DNA of 32,000 nucleotides from Acaryochloris marina S15 (GTDB taxonomy: Bacteria > Cyanobacteriota > Cyanobacteriia > Thermosynechococcales > Thermosynechococcaceae), in the NCBI RefSeq assembly GCF_018336915.1, contig NZ_CP064923.1, positions 4,620,001 through 4,652,000 on the forward strand, given 5' to 3'. The position numbers and the translations under genes are program-made. Under the pieces are notes generated by a model. It made no database searches and was not told the DNA's origin. It saw only the letters and a list, made by a program, of their open reading frames with translations. Numbering within the stretch: the first letter of the stretch is position 1; every line of letters starts with the position of its first letter. Of this stretch, positions 17,130 through 26,216 are shown in pieces.

Positions 17130-17418
17130 CTTTGATCTCAATCAATTCCGATTCAGCCATCTCATTTAGCAACCTCATGACATCTTGTTCACACTGGTCC
17201 GACCCAACTTCGTATTGATCTAAAATTTGGTCGCAGATATCTTTAACCGATCGAGGTTGCTGAAGTAAATTCCAAACACTTGCACCCACTTCATTCAAAC
17301 CGAAGTACATTCCTGTCTTCAGGTTGAGGATAACTGATTCCCCGGCTAAGTCAGATGAGACTTGCTCTGGGGTCGCAACAACCGTTGTATTCGTTGAAAT
17401 AGTGGTAGTCAAACTCAT
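17113..17418 (-). CDS. Lasso peptide B1 protein (PqqD-like RiPP recognition element)
   Basis: 101 aa. The PqqD/RRE pattern is ESVILNLKTGMYFGLNEVGASVWNLL. It lies directly upstream of B2 and is translationally coupled to it. Confidence 0.85.
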   Translation of the reverse strand: MSLTTTISTNTTVVATPEQVSSDLAGESVILNLKTGMYFGLNEVGASVWNLLQQPRSVKDICDQILDQYEVGSDQCEQDVMRLLNEMAESELIEIKDVASA

Positions 17419-17607
17419 AACCCTTTAAAACAATCTAATATAATGCAGATTTCGTTTAAGTTAGCACAGATATTTTATATTTATCCGTAGGAATTAAAAC
17501 ATTTAACCATTAGCTTTACAGGGATTGTCGACTCATTTTTCGCCAGACAACTTTGACCCATTTTATGCCGTGTTGACGATGCCGCTGACAGACTGTATTT
17601 CCGCTGC

Positions 17608-18810
17608 TTACCTTTTTGAATTGCAGAATTTTTCAACGCAACGCACAAAGATTTCCACTCCCATGGCTAAAGCAGTCTCATCAAAATCGAATTGGGGATG
17701 GTGGTGGGGATAGGCTAATCCTCGCTCGTCATTGGCTGAACCCAAAAAGAAGTAGCAACCTGGAACTTCTTGCAAAAAGAAGGACATGTCTTCCCCTCCC
17801 ATGGTTTGACAGTTGGGAACCACACCTGTTGGTGTTTCAATCACTTCAGTACTGATGGAGCGTACTAAATCTGCGATCGCAGCATCATTTATCACAGGTG
17901 GATACAGTCGCCAATACTTTAAGTCGTAGGTGGCTCCCCAACTTTGACAAATCCCCGTCAGGATATCCTGCATACGCGGCTCAATCAGATGGGCCAATTC
18001 TGGGTCAAAGTAGCGAACCGTGCCGCTCATAAAGCTGGAGTCGGCAATCACATTAGAAGCTGTGCCCGCATGGAGTTGTCCGATGGTCACCACAGCTGAA
18101 TCGAGGGGATTGACATGGCGAGCCACAATGGCTTGGAGGGCGTTGACGATTTGAGCGCTGATCACCACTGCATCCGTGGTTTGGTGAGGCATGGCGCCAT
18201 GTCCCCCCTTGCCCTGAATCTTGCATTCAAATAGATCCACGGCAGCCATCAGCGGCCCTGATTTGACGCCAACGGTGCCGAGGGGGAGATTGTTCCATAA
18301 GTGCAGGCCAATAATGGCATCAACTTGCGGGTTTTGCAGAACACCCGCCTCAATCATGGGCTTGGCCCCACCCGGAGATTCTTCAGCAGGCTGGAAAATG
18401 ATCTTGACCGTACCGGCAAAGTCTTGGCGATGTTGAGATAAATAGCGGGCTGTTCCCAGAGCAATGGCCGTATGTCCATCATGGCCGCAGGCATGCATGA
18501 CCCCATCGTGGCGTGACCGATAGGAAACCGTATTCTCTTCCTGAATGGGCAAGGCATCTATGTCTGCCCGAATCGCTAACACTGGCCCCGGTTGTGCCCC
18601 AGAGATCGTGGCCATGATACCCGTTTCAGCAATGCCTGTTTGATGGTCAATGCCCCATTCTGTTAAGCGCTGAGCTACAAATTCAGCAGTGAGATGCTCT
18701 TTGAATCCAAGTTCTGGATATTGATGCAGATGCCGTCGCCAAGAGACTAAATCCAGTTGTTGGATATCTGAGCGAATGGAGGTATCAGAATGAGGAGGAG
18801 AAGAAACCAT
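17608..18810 (-). CDS. M20D-family amidohydrolase (N-acyl-L-amino acid amidohydrolase / hippurate hydrolase-like)
   Basis: 400 aa with motifs LHQYPELGFKE, MHACGHDGH, FQPAEE and GGEDMSFF, characteristic of M20 peptidases. Confidence 0.85.
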   Translation of the reverse strand: MVSSPPHSDTSIRSDIQQLDLVSWRRHLHQYPELGFKEHLTAEFVAQRLTEWGIDHQTGIAETGIMATISGAQPGPVLAIRADIDALPIQEENTVSYRSRHDGVMHACGHDGHTAIALGTARYLSQHRQDFAGTVKIIFQPAEESPGGAKPMIEAGVLQNPQVDAIIGLHLWNNLPLGTVGVKSGPLMAAVDLFECKIQGKGGHGAMPHQTTDAVVISAQIVNALQAIVARHVNPLDSAVVTIGQLHAGTASNVIADSSFMSGTVRYFDPELAHLIEPRMQDILTGICQSWGATYDLKYWRLYPPVINDAAIADLVRSISTEVIETPTGVVPNCQTMGGEDMSFFLQEVPGCYFFLGSANDERGLAYPHHHPQFDFDETALAMGVEIFVRCVEKFCNSKR

Positions 18811-19324
18811 AGTACTCTTCCCAAAACGGGAAAACGGTCAATTACTTCTTTAAGAATACTATTCCTAGATTTTTCACGAGCAGTAAGCCAAAAACCAAAT
18901 TAGCAACAAAAACCAGTTGATATCTTCATTCTCACAGTCTTAACTCTGAACTTAGAGTAAGCTAACCATCAACGGATGGGCTCCACCGTTATTATCTAAA
19001 ATCTTTGTTTGTGTTCTGCGGCTAAAAGACCTCAGCCTTACTGACTGATGATCCTACGTTTGGTGGCTTCGCATTTCAACTTTTAGTTCCAGTTGCTAAG
19101 CCTTGGTTTTAGATGAATTACGCCTTGAATATTTATTGCGAAGTGGGTTGATTTTTGGTGGGTCAGCTACGATCCAAAAAAATTTGCTACTGGTATCTGC
19201 AGTTTTCTACTCCAAAGCTAGCACTGGATATTCGACAATCATGCCCATAGTTCAGGTCGGCTCGCGTCAGTAAAGCTAAGCTTCTAGCCGTACTTTTACC
19301 AACCCTTCACACTATCTTTATGAG

Positions 19325-19536
19325 CTGACTGCCTGACACATCTCTGAAAGCCTTTTCCTCGTATGGGTTTGCACTGTAAGAATAGCAACGCTGCCCCTAA
19401 GGCAAGAGAGTTGGTAATACGTTTAGGTTGCGTTTGACGTGTGAACAATGCCAAAAGCTAGCCTTATACACCCTGCTATTCAGCATCCAAAAGCTACGTA
19501 TCTAAAGGCTTTGAGGTACTTATGTCAGGCAGTCAG
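19325..19536. mobile_element. MITE-like non-autonomous insertion (212 bp)
   Basis: Perfect 14-bp terminal inverted repeats: CTGACTGCCTGACA (19325-19338) and TGTCAGGCAGTCAG (19523-19536). They are flanked by the identical 9-bp direct repeat CTTTATGAG (19316-19324 and 19537-19545). There is no internal ORF of transposase size. Confidence 0.7.
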
Positions 19537-19540
19537 CTTT

Positions 19541-19954
19541 ATGAGTCTCCAACAGAAAATTATTAAGGCTGCCATTCAAGGTCTGATCCAACTTGCAAAC
19601 GACCCAAAATCTCAGGAAAAAGTAATGGACCTTGCCCAAAGTGCCTTTGACTTTTACCAGGTCAAAACTGGCCAAGTCAACTTGCAGTCTAGTGAAGATG
19701 CGGTTAAAAGTGCTGTAGAGTCGTGTATTCGTCAAGACGAGGAGAGCCAAGCCAGAGTTGCAGCATTCGTGTGTGCGATCTACGCTCAGCACGACGTCTA
19801 TCGTGGTGCCCAAGTTGGAGGTAGCCTTCGGAAACGGTTTGGTCCATCTTGGTTCCCACGTATCAAGGAACATGAGGAGCGGTACGCTTTGAAAATAGAC
19901 AAGGCACTGGAAGATTACCTATACCAGCAGATTCAATCTACTACTGACGCCTAA
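19541..19954 (+). CDS. Hypothetical protein (137 aa, predicted helical)
   Basis: The ORF reads MSLQQKIIKAAIQGLIQLANDPKSQEK... and I recognise no motif. The track start at 19448 lies inside the MITE-like element, so I prefer the ATG at 19541, which sits in the target-site duplication. Confidence 0.45.
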   Translation: MSLQQKIIKAAIQGLIQLANDPKSQEKVMDLAQSAFDFYQVKTGQVNLQSSEDAVKSAVESCIRQDEESQARVAAFVCAIYAQHDVYRGAQVGGSLRKRFGPSWFPRIKEHEERYALKIDKALEDYLYQQIQSTTDA

Positions 19955-20084
19955 CTCAAGTAATACAAAATCGCATGGAATACAGCAATCCAAGATCAAA
20001 GGCATTACTTGATTTCAACCTCTCTCGTATCACTGCTAGTTGAATCGACACGGTTTATTCTGGCATCGTCTGAGTATAAGCCCT

Positions 20085-20984
20085 TTAGATAGAAGCATAG
20101 AGCTGCTCTGCCAGGATAGAGATCTCATCTTCCATCGTTAGTAACTCTAGCCAATGGCTAGGTATACCCTGCACACCATAAAAAGCACCTGCCAATTGAC
20201 CACAAATAGCAGCCGTAGTATCAGCATCATCCCCAAGATTGGTTGCTTGCAGAACCGCCTGTGCAAAAGTTTCTGTGGTCCAGAAACACCAAAGAGCCGC
20301 TTCTAGACTATCTACGACATAGCCAGAACCTCGAATATCTTCCAATGTTTTGCTTTGATAATCTCCCTTGGCTATAGCTTGTATCGAAGGAGAAATTATA
20401 CCTGCTGGTTCTTGCTCCATAAGGATTTCAACTTTGCCAACTCCTGATAAGGCGCGAAAGAGCATATCACCAAATAATTGGCTGGCCTCAATACATTCTG
20501 TAGCCCCATGAGTGGTACGCGAACTTTCACCACATAGATACAAGGTGCGATCGCGATCTGGGTAGCAGAACATAGGTACTGGGGCCAATCGCATCAAACA
20601 CCCATTCCCAGCTGATCTAGGGTGAGTAGAGCCACTGAAAAGGATATCTGTAGTCTTGTATTGCTCTAAAGCTTGCCTAACAGTATTTCCAATATCGAAA
20701 CAGTCACCTGTACTGCTGAGATAGCCTTTTTCATACCAATCACAGTAGCGATTCATCTGATCTGCCGCGTCAAATTTACCTTTTTGAATCAGGCTAGTGG
20801 CAAGACATAAGGCCATTGAGGTATCGTCCGTCCATTGTCCTGGTTGCAGATGAAACGGACCGCCGCCCACCATATCGGTGACGGGGGCAAAGGTTCCTCG
20901 CGGCTGAAACTCTACCGTTGTCCCAACGGCATCACCGACTGCCAACCCCAGTAAACATCCTCTGAATCGTTCGGATATATCCAT
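20085..20984 (-). CDS. ADP-ribosylglycohydrolase family protein (DraG/ARH-like)
   Basis: 299 aa. The N-terminus RFRGCLLGLAVGDAVGTTVEF and the C-terminal GDDADTTAAICGQLAGAFYG are the hallmark metal-binding motifs of this family. Confidence 0.85.
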   Translation of the reverse strand: MDISERFRGCLLGLAVGDAVGTTVEFQPRGTFAPVTDMVGGGPFHLQPGQWTDDTSMALCLATSLIQKGKFDAADQMNRYCDWYEKGYLSSTGDCFDIGNTVRQALEQYKTTDILFSGSTHPRSAGNGCLMRLAPVPMFCYPDRDRTLYLCGESSRTTHGATECIEASQLFGDMLFRALSGVGKVEILMEQEPAGIISPSIQAIAKGDYQSKTLEDIRGSGYVVDSLEAALWCFWTTETFAQAVLQATNLGDDADTTAAICGQLAGAFYGVQGIPSHWLELLTMEDEISILAEQLYASI

Positions 20985-21158
20985 ACCTCACCCTTTCCGC
21001 TTACAGCCGCAAATTCACTGGAACAATCTACCTATCAAGATTGAGTATTCCTCTCCTTGCTGCGTTACCTACTACTAAACCGAAAAAACACTCAAATCTG
21101 CAAACAACCTAATCTTGTTTCAGTGCTGGAGAATCTCTGCTAACATGAAAGCGCTTTA

Positions 21159-21232
21159 GGGCTTGTAGCTCAGTGGACTAGAGCACGTGGCTTCGGACCA
21201 CGGTGTCGGGGGTTCGAATCCCTCCTGGCCCG
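21159..21232 (+). tRNA. tRNA, read as tRNA-Arg (anticodon UCG)
   Basis: The 74-nt cloverleaf has acceptor GGGCTTG/CTGGCCC (one U-U mismatch) and D arm GCTC-AGTGGACTA-GAGC with A20. The anticodon arm is CGTGG-CTTCGGA-CCACG, the variable loop is GTGTC and the T arm is GGGGG-TTCGAAT-CCCTC. The discriminator is G and no CCA is encoded. Confidence 0.75.
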
Positions 21233-21238
21233 TTTTTT

Positions 21239-21280
21239 AATTCACTCAAGTCAATGTGCTTGAGTGAATTGTTGTTTCTT
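21239..21280 (+). terminator. Intrinsic terminator after the tRNA
   Basis: A perfect 12-bp stem AATTCACTCAAG / CTTGAGTGAATT with an 8-nt loop, followed by GTTGTTTCTT. Confidence 0.6.
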
Positions 21281-21296
21281 GAGTTAGCCTCACAGT

Positions 21297-21941
21297 ATGG
21301 GTGTTCGCGTTCGGCAGCATGTTAATCCTCTGAGTCAAAAATTCCAGGATGCGATCTCACCCCCGGATTGGCCTGAGATCTTCGCCCAACCCAAGCAGCC
21401 TCTCTATTTAGATATTGGCTGTGCTCGCGGACAGTTTTTACTGGATATGGCCCAACTACGCCCCCATCACAATTTCTTAGGGGTCGAAATTCGGCGGCTT
21501 ATGGTTCAATCCGCCCTACAACAACGCGACGAATTACAGCTCAGCAATCTCCATTTTTTGTTCGGCAATATTAATACGTCCCTCGACTCCCTAGTGGGTG
21601 CCCAATCAATTACCGGCGTCACGATCCAATTCCCTGACCCCTGGTTTAAACGCCGCCATCAGAAACGGCGGGTGGTTCAACCCGCATTGGTGAATGAGTT
21701 GGCCACTTGCCTCAAACCAGAAGGCCTACTGCTGATCCAATCGGATGTATTGGAAGTAGCGATTGAGATGTGCGATCGCATCGCCGAACACCCTGCCTTT
21801 ACAGGAACGACGCCACTCTACCATTGGCTACCAGAGAGCCCTTTCCCCGCTGCCACAGAGCGGGAAAAGCTGACCTTATCAGAAGGGTTACCGGTCTACC
21901 GGTATTTATTTCAAAAGGGAGTCAAGACAGACTCTAAATGA
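21297..21941 (+). CDS. trmB: tRNA (guanine46-N7)-methyltransferase
   Basis: 214 aa with motifs [20 protein letters not shown] and [14 protein letters not shown], characteristic of TrmB. Confidence 0.9.
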   Translation: MGVRVRQHVNPLSQKFQDAISPPDWPEIFAQPKQPLYLDIGCARGQFLLDMAQLRPHHNFLGVEIRRLMVQSALQQRDELQLSNLHFLFGNINTSLDSLVGAQSITGVTIQFPDPWFKRRHQKRRVVQPALVNELATCLKPEGLLLIQSDVLEVAIEMCDRIAEHPAFTGTTPLYHWLPESPFPAATEREKLTLSEGLPVYRYLFQKGVKTDSK

Positions 21942-23229
21942 TGGTGTTATCAGGAATCTCAGCATTCTTCAGCACCACAACGATACCGCTGCGAATGTAA
22001 AAGCCATGCTCTTCCTGATTAGATTCTTCAACATTGTCTTTATTGACAATCTTGACGTTGCGGCCAATCCGGGCATTTTTATCAATAATAGCGCGGCTGA
22101 TTTTAGTATTTTCACCAATACCGATGGGAACGCTCCCTCCTCCTTGACTAGAGGCACGCTCAGCAAAGGGCTGATAATAGTCAGCACCCATCACTAAGGC
22201 ATTGTCGAGGGTACAGCCTGATTCAACCCGCGATCGCACACCCAGTACTGAGCGATTAATCTGGCAATTCTTGATAATGCAGCCTTCCGCAATCATCGAT
22301 TCCGTCACATGACAGTCTAGCTGCTTAGTAGGAGGCAAATAGCGAGAGCGGGTGTAAATCGGAGATTTCTCATCATAAAAGCTAAAGGGAGGCTGAGGTT
22401 GGCGAGTTAAAGCCAAATTTGCCTCATAGAAAGCTTCAATGGTCCCAATATCTTCCCAATAATCATTAAAAAGATAGGCTTGGACATTGTAGTCCTTCGC
22501 TGAGCTAGGGATAATTTCCTTACCAAAGTCAGTGGAGTCAGGCGAATTCTTGAGCAGATCAATTAAGACATCTTTCTTGAAGACATAAATGCCCATCGAA
22601 GCAATAAACGGCTTTTCTTGAGCTTCTTCTGGGGTCAGCCCGAGGGTGGTAGTATCCACCTTCATCCGTTCCAGTTCTTCACCTTGAGGCTTCTCACTAA
22701 AATCAACCACACGCCCAGTTGACTCATCAATCTTCATCAGGCCAAAGCTGGGGGCACGATAGGCATCAATGGGAAGCACCGACAGGGTAATATCTGCGTT
22801 CGTACTGCGATGGCGCTCAATAAATACGGTGTAGTCCATGCGATACAGATGATCTCCCGACAAAATTAGGATTTCATCCACATCACGCTGTTCAGCAAAC
22901 ATCCACATGTATTGTCGAACGGCATCCGCTGTTCCTTGGAACCAATTGGGATTTTCAGGGGTTTGTTGAGCAGCAAGCACCTCAGCAAAACCATCGCTAA
23001 AGCTGGAGAAATGATAAGTTTGGGAAATGTGGCGGTTCAAAGACGCGGAGTTGAACTGCGTCATCACGTAAATTTTGTTGATTTCCGAATTAATACAGTT
23101 ACTCATCGGAATATCAATGAGGCGATACTTACCTGCCAAGGACACAGCAGGCTTTGCACGCTGTTTGGTAAGAGGATATAGGCGTGTACCAGCACCACCA
23201 CCCAAAACAATTGCTAGAACTTTATTCAT
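21934..23229 (-). CDS. glgC: Glucose-1-phosphate adenylyltransferase
   Basis: 431 aa. The N-terminus is [25 protein letters not shown], with [10 protein letters not shown] and a C-terminal left-handed beta-helix region. Confidence 0.95.
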   Translation of the reverse strand: MNKVLAIVLGGGAGTRLYPLTKQRAKPAVSLAGKYRLIDIPMSNCINSEINKIYVMTQFNSASLNRHISQTYHFSSFSDGFAEVLAAQQTPENPNWFQGTADAVRQYMWMFAEQRDVDEILILSGDHLYRMDYTVFIERHRSTNADITLSVLPIDAYRAPSFGLMKIDESTGRVVDFSEKPQGEELERMKVDTTTLGLTPEEAQEKPFIASMGIYVFKKDVLIDLLKNSPDSTDFGKEIIPSSAKDYNVQAYLFNDYWEDIGTIEAFYEANLALTRQPQPPFSFYDEKSPIYTRSRYLPPTKQLDCHVTESMIAEGCIIKNCQINRSVLGVRSRVESGCTLDNALVMGADYYQPFAERASSQGGGSVPIGIGENTKISRAIIDKNARIGRNVKIVNKDNVEESNQEEHGFYIRSGIVVVLKNAEIPDNTII

Positions 23230-23340
23230 ACTTTAAATGACACCTTAACTGCCTATCGCCTCCACACTCCAGTGTCGGACGGTCCGTTACAGTTGACAAG
23301 GGCCAATTCGTTAAGAGCTATCAAAAGTCTTCGCAGTACT

Positions 23341-24731
23341 CCAACCATAGCTAAAAGCTTGGTTGGTGGTGTAGCGGAGTGTGACTGAAAGAAACAACCC
23401 TTCGGCAAAGCTCAGGAGCCTAAGTGCAGTATCTACACAGTAAATAGTATTATGTAGGCATGCTTAACATGACCTGGGAATTCAAACTAGAACCCACTCC
23501 TGAGCAAGTTATAGAGATTGAACACACCTTAACGGTGTGTCGAAAAGTCTGGAACTTTGCTTTGCGTGAGCGTAAGGACTGGCTTAATTCTCGTAAATGC
23601 TCAGTGAATGCTTGTTCTCTTAGGCATGAGTACATCATGTCAGGTGATGAGCCATTTCCTAGTTATCACCTTCAAGCCAAACGTTTAACCCTTGCTAAGA
23701 AAAAGATTGCCGAACTCAAAAGCGTCAATGCTCAAATGCTTCAGCAAGTCTTGAGACAACTGGATGCATCCTGGGAGCGTTGGCTGACCAAGCAGTCGGG
23801 TCTACCTAGATTCAAAAACCAAGCTCGAATGCGAAGCTTTGTATTTCCTCAGATGCTCAAGCATCCTCTCAGTGTAAGAGGCATCAAGCTTCCGCAACTG
23901 GGCTGGGTCAAAGTGAGATGGTCTAGAGATATACCCCAGATATGCGAAGTCAAACAAGCTCGTATTGTCCGTAAGGCGTCGGGGTACTTTGTCATGTTGA
24001 GTTTACAGGCTGATGTGGATATTCCAGAGGTGCCCTTTCATGGCCATCCGGTGGGAGTTGATGTGGGATTGGAATACTTTCTATCTACTTCAGATGGCTT
24101 ACAGATCAAACATCCTCGCTTTTTTAATGAGTTGCACCGCAAGCTGAAATTGCTGCAACGTAGACTCAAGACCAAGCAAAAAGGGAGTACTAACCGGTCC
24201 AAACTGCTGAGGAAGATCGCCAGAGCTCATCAACGGATTGCCGACACTCGTAAGGACTGGCATTTCAAGACCGCCCATCAGCTTTGTGACCAAGGAGATT
24301 CCATCTTCGTTGAAGACTTGGATTTCCGCATAATGGCGAAAGGGTTTTTGGGTAAACACACATTAGATGCTGGCCTTGGGCAATTCACTAACCAGATCCT
24401 TCCTTGGGTGTGCTGGAAGCGTGATGTTCATTATGGCAAGGTTGATCCAAGAGGAACTAGCCAGGAGTGTCCAGATTGTGGAGCAACGGTGAAAAAGGAT
24501 TTGAGTGTCAGGATGTCTCACTGTTTAGAGTGCGGCTCAATTAAGCCGAGAGATATTGCGGCAGCTCAAGTGATTTGTACCCGTGGGCAACGGGGAATAG
24601 AAAATGCCTGTGGAGTCGAGGTGACGGGGGGTTCAGTAATGAATTCTAGTCAACTGGCTTTGAAGCAGGAAATCTTTGGAGCGATCTAAAGAATCTCCTT
24701 GCATACCCGATAGGGCTGCTGGGAGAGGATG
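23341..24731 (+). mobile_element. TnpB-only IS200/IS605-family (IS1341-like) element; boundaries approximate
   Basis: The left-side hairpin is CCAACCA-T-AGCT-AAA-AGCT-T-TGGTTGG at 23341-23366. After the tnpB stop, the right side has nested stems TCTCC...CCCGATAGGG...GGAGA at about 24693-24725. These are consistent with the subterminal hairpins of this family, but I cannot fix the ends without other copies. Confidence 0.4.
23460..24689 (+). CDS. tnpB: IS200/IS605-family TnpB (RNA-guided endonuclease, OrfB/InsQ type)
   Basis: 409 aa with the N-terminus WEFKLEPTPEQ. The RuvC triad candidates are VGVDVGL (D), IFVEDLDF (E) and RDIAAAQ (D). The Zn ribbon is CPDCG...CLECG. No tnpA is adjacent. Confidence 0.9.
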   Translation: MLNMTWEFKLEPTPEQVIEIEHTLTVCRKVWNFALRERKDWLNSRKCSVNACSLRHEYIMSGDEPFPSYHLQAKRLTLAKKKIAELKSVNAQMLQQVLRQLDASWERWLTKQSGLPRFKNQARMRSFVFPQMLKHPLSVRGIKLPQLGWVKVRWSRDIPQICEVKQARIVRKASGYFVMLSLQADVDIPEVPFHGHPVGVDVGLEYFLSTSDGLQIKHPRFFNELHRKLKLLQRRLKTKQKGSTNRSKLLRKIARAHQRIADTRKDWHFKTAHQLCDQGDSIFVEDLDFRIMAKGFLGKHTLDAGLGQFTNQILPWVCWKRDVHYGKVDPRGTSQECPDCGATVKKDLSVRMSHCLECGSIKPRDIAAAQVICTRGQRGIENACGVEVTGGSVMNSSQLALKQEIFGAI

Positions 24732-26132
24732 TCAAGGTTCGATCACATTCAAATCTTCTAGGGCTGTCTGGATAGATTGAGTCAACTCATCCACAGCCTT
24801 CCTGGCTCCCTTGCGGTTGGCACTATAGGTGGGCCACCGGTCCGTCACGGAAATAGGATCACTAATGGTCAGCTTCAAGGATTGGGTCCCTAGCTGTGGC
24901 GGAGAATGGGAATCGCCCCCTTGAAGGAAGGTGATAATTTTCCACATAATCAGAACAATCTCGGCAAATCGATCTCCGGTCGGTTTCTCCAAAATATAGG
25001 TGCCATTCACCATGGTTAGCCGCTCAACCATCCGCATATGTCCAATTCGGAGACTCGCCTCTTGGGCTAACCAATCCGCCATCCCCCGTTCAACAGGAGT
25101 CAGCTGATCCAAGTCTTGCCGATAAATGCGATCAAAACTCGCCTGCTCTAGACGCCGACAACGATCCACGATCTCTCCTTTAGCCGTGAGACCAAAGTAG
25201 GATTCAGCAGCTTGCAGTGCGATATCTAATTGCTGTTTCAGTTGAAAGGCAAGTTTGGCATTGCGATCAGAGGGGTCATAGGGCACCGGCTCTATCTCTG
25301 GACGAGACAAATGGTAGTACTTGCTATAGAACCGATCCATTTCTACCAGAAGACACTCACCCAAGCGCAGCACTCGACCATATAAAACATCTTTTTCAGG
25401 ATCTTTGAGGAGGCCTGGCGGAGACACTTCAGCTGGCAATTCCATTTGAGCTTCCAGCTGATCCAGTAACTCTTTGATGGCTTGCCAAGGAGGAGAAACA
25501 TAGCGATACCGAATCCGTAACGGCACAATGTAGACTGATTCCGACCGATTCGCTTTCTGCAAGTCTTCGATACACCAAAAGCCCATTTGGGCGACACCCG
25601 GCTCTAACGGACTCACCAACTCATTATGTTCATTGGTGCCTCCTTCTGGTGCGATGGCAATGGGATAAGGGCTATTGGCAAAGATTTCACGAGCTGCCCG
25701 CAAGCCCATCCGATCCGCTTTCCCCCTAAGAATCGGTGTCCCCCCCAATCTGGGGAATAACCAAGATACAAATTCCCCTGCCCATAGGGGAATACCGCGG
25801 TCGTACATAAAGTGGCTGTAGGTAGGCCGCTTAAAGCGAATCCCTGTTTTGCGCGCTTCCTTGGGAACTAGCCGCCACAGCATATAAGACATGGCAAAGG
25901 GATCTTTGGTACTAGGATGCCGGAAGGCCATCAAGAACCGAGTATTACCGGCCTGAAACTCCTGGTACAGCTTGACTAAAACCTTTAAGTTTTCGGCTTC
26001 AACGGACGTAACAGAGAGCTTCCAGGGCATCCAGGCCGGTAACAGAAAACGGACGGTTTCTATCACCCAAGGCGTGAGACGTTGCGGAATAAATGCTAGA
26101 GGCGGTTGAGCTTTAGAAACGAACTTGGGCAA
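24732..26132 (-). CDS. Glycerolipid acyltransferase family protein (PlsC/GPAT-like)
   Basis: 466 aa. The HX4D motif is in AFRHPSTKDPF and the substrate-binding block is in IAIAPEGGTN. The track start is a TTG, so the start is uncertain. Confidence 0.65.
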   Translation of the reverse strand: MPKFVSKAQPPLAFIPQRLTPWVIETVRFLLPAWMPWKLSVTSVEAENLKVLVKLYQEFQAGNTRFLMAFRHPSTKDPFAMSYMLWRLVPKEARKTGIRFKRPTYSHFMYDRGIPLWAGEFVSWLFPRLGGTPILRGKADRMGLRAAREIFANSPYPIAIAPEGGTNEHNELVSPLEPGVAQMGFWCIEDLQKANRSESVYIVPLRIRYRYVSPPWQAIKELLDQLEAQMELPAEVSPPGLLKDPEKDVLYGRVLRLGECLLVEMDRFYSKYYHLSRPEIEPVPYDPSDRNAKLAFQLKQQLDIALQAAESYFGLTAKGEIVDRCRRLEQASFDRIYRQDLDQLTPVERGMADWLAQEASLRIGHMRMVERLTMVNGTYILEKPTGDRFAEIVLIMWKIITFLQGGDSHSPPQLGTQSLKLTISDPISVTDRWPTYSANRKGARKAVDELTQSIQTALEDLNVIEP

Positions 26133-26216
26133 GGATAGCAGCTCCCTATTCAGGTTTGATTGATCACGCTACCCTAAGAGAATAGCTTGTTTATCTTGGA
26201 CTGCAAGACTGACTTT

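Noticed and set aside
17608-18810. M20 amidohydrolase as an additional lasso tailoring or immunity gene
   Set aside because: It is on the same strand and adjacent, but a 189-bp AT-rich gap that likely holds the cluster promoter separates it from B1. M20D hydrolases are common housekeeping genes in cyanobacteria. No sequence evidence links it to the cluster.
19448-19540. N-terminal 31 codons of the 168-aa track ORF
   Set aside because: This stretch lies entirely inside the MITE-like element (19325-19536). The ATG at 19541 sits in the target-site duplication and is the likely original start.
19956-20012. 9-bp inverted repeat TCAAGTAAT ... ATTACTTGA between two convergent genes, as a possible bidirectional terminator
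   Set aside because: The loop is 39 nt, the stem is AT-rich and there is no adjacent U-tract. It is too weak to call.
21159-21232. The tRNA as an integration site for a genomic island (lasso cluster or TnpB element)
   Set aside because: I found no direct repeat of the tRNA 3' end elsewhere in the window and no integrase. The lasso cluster ends 3.7 kb away, with unrelated genes in between.
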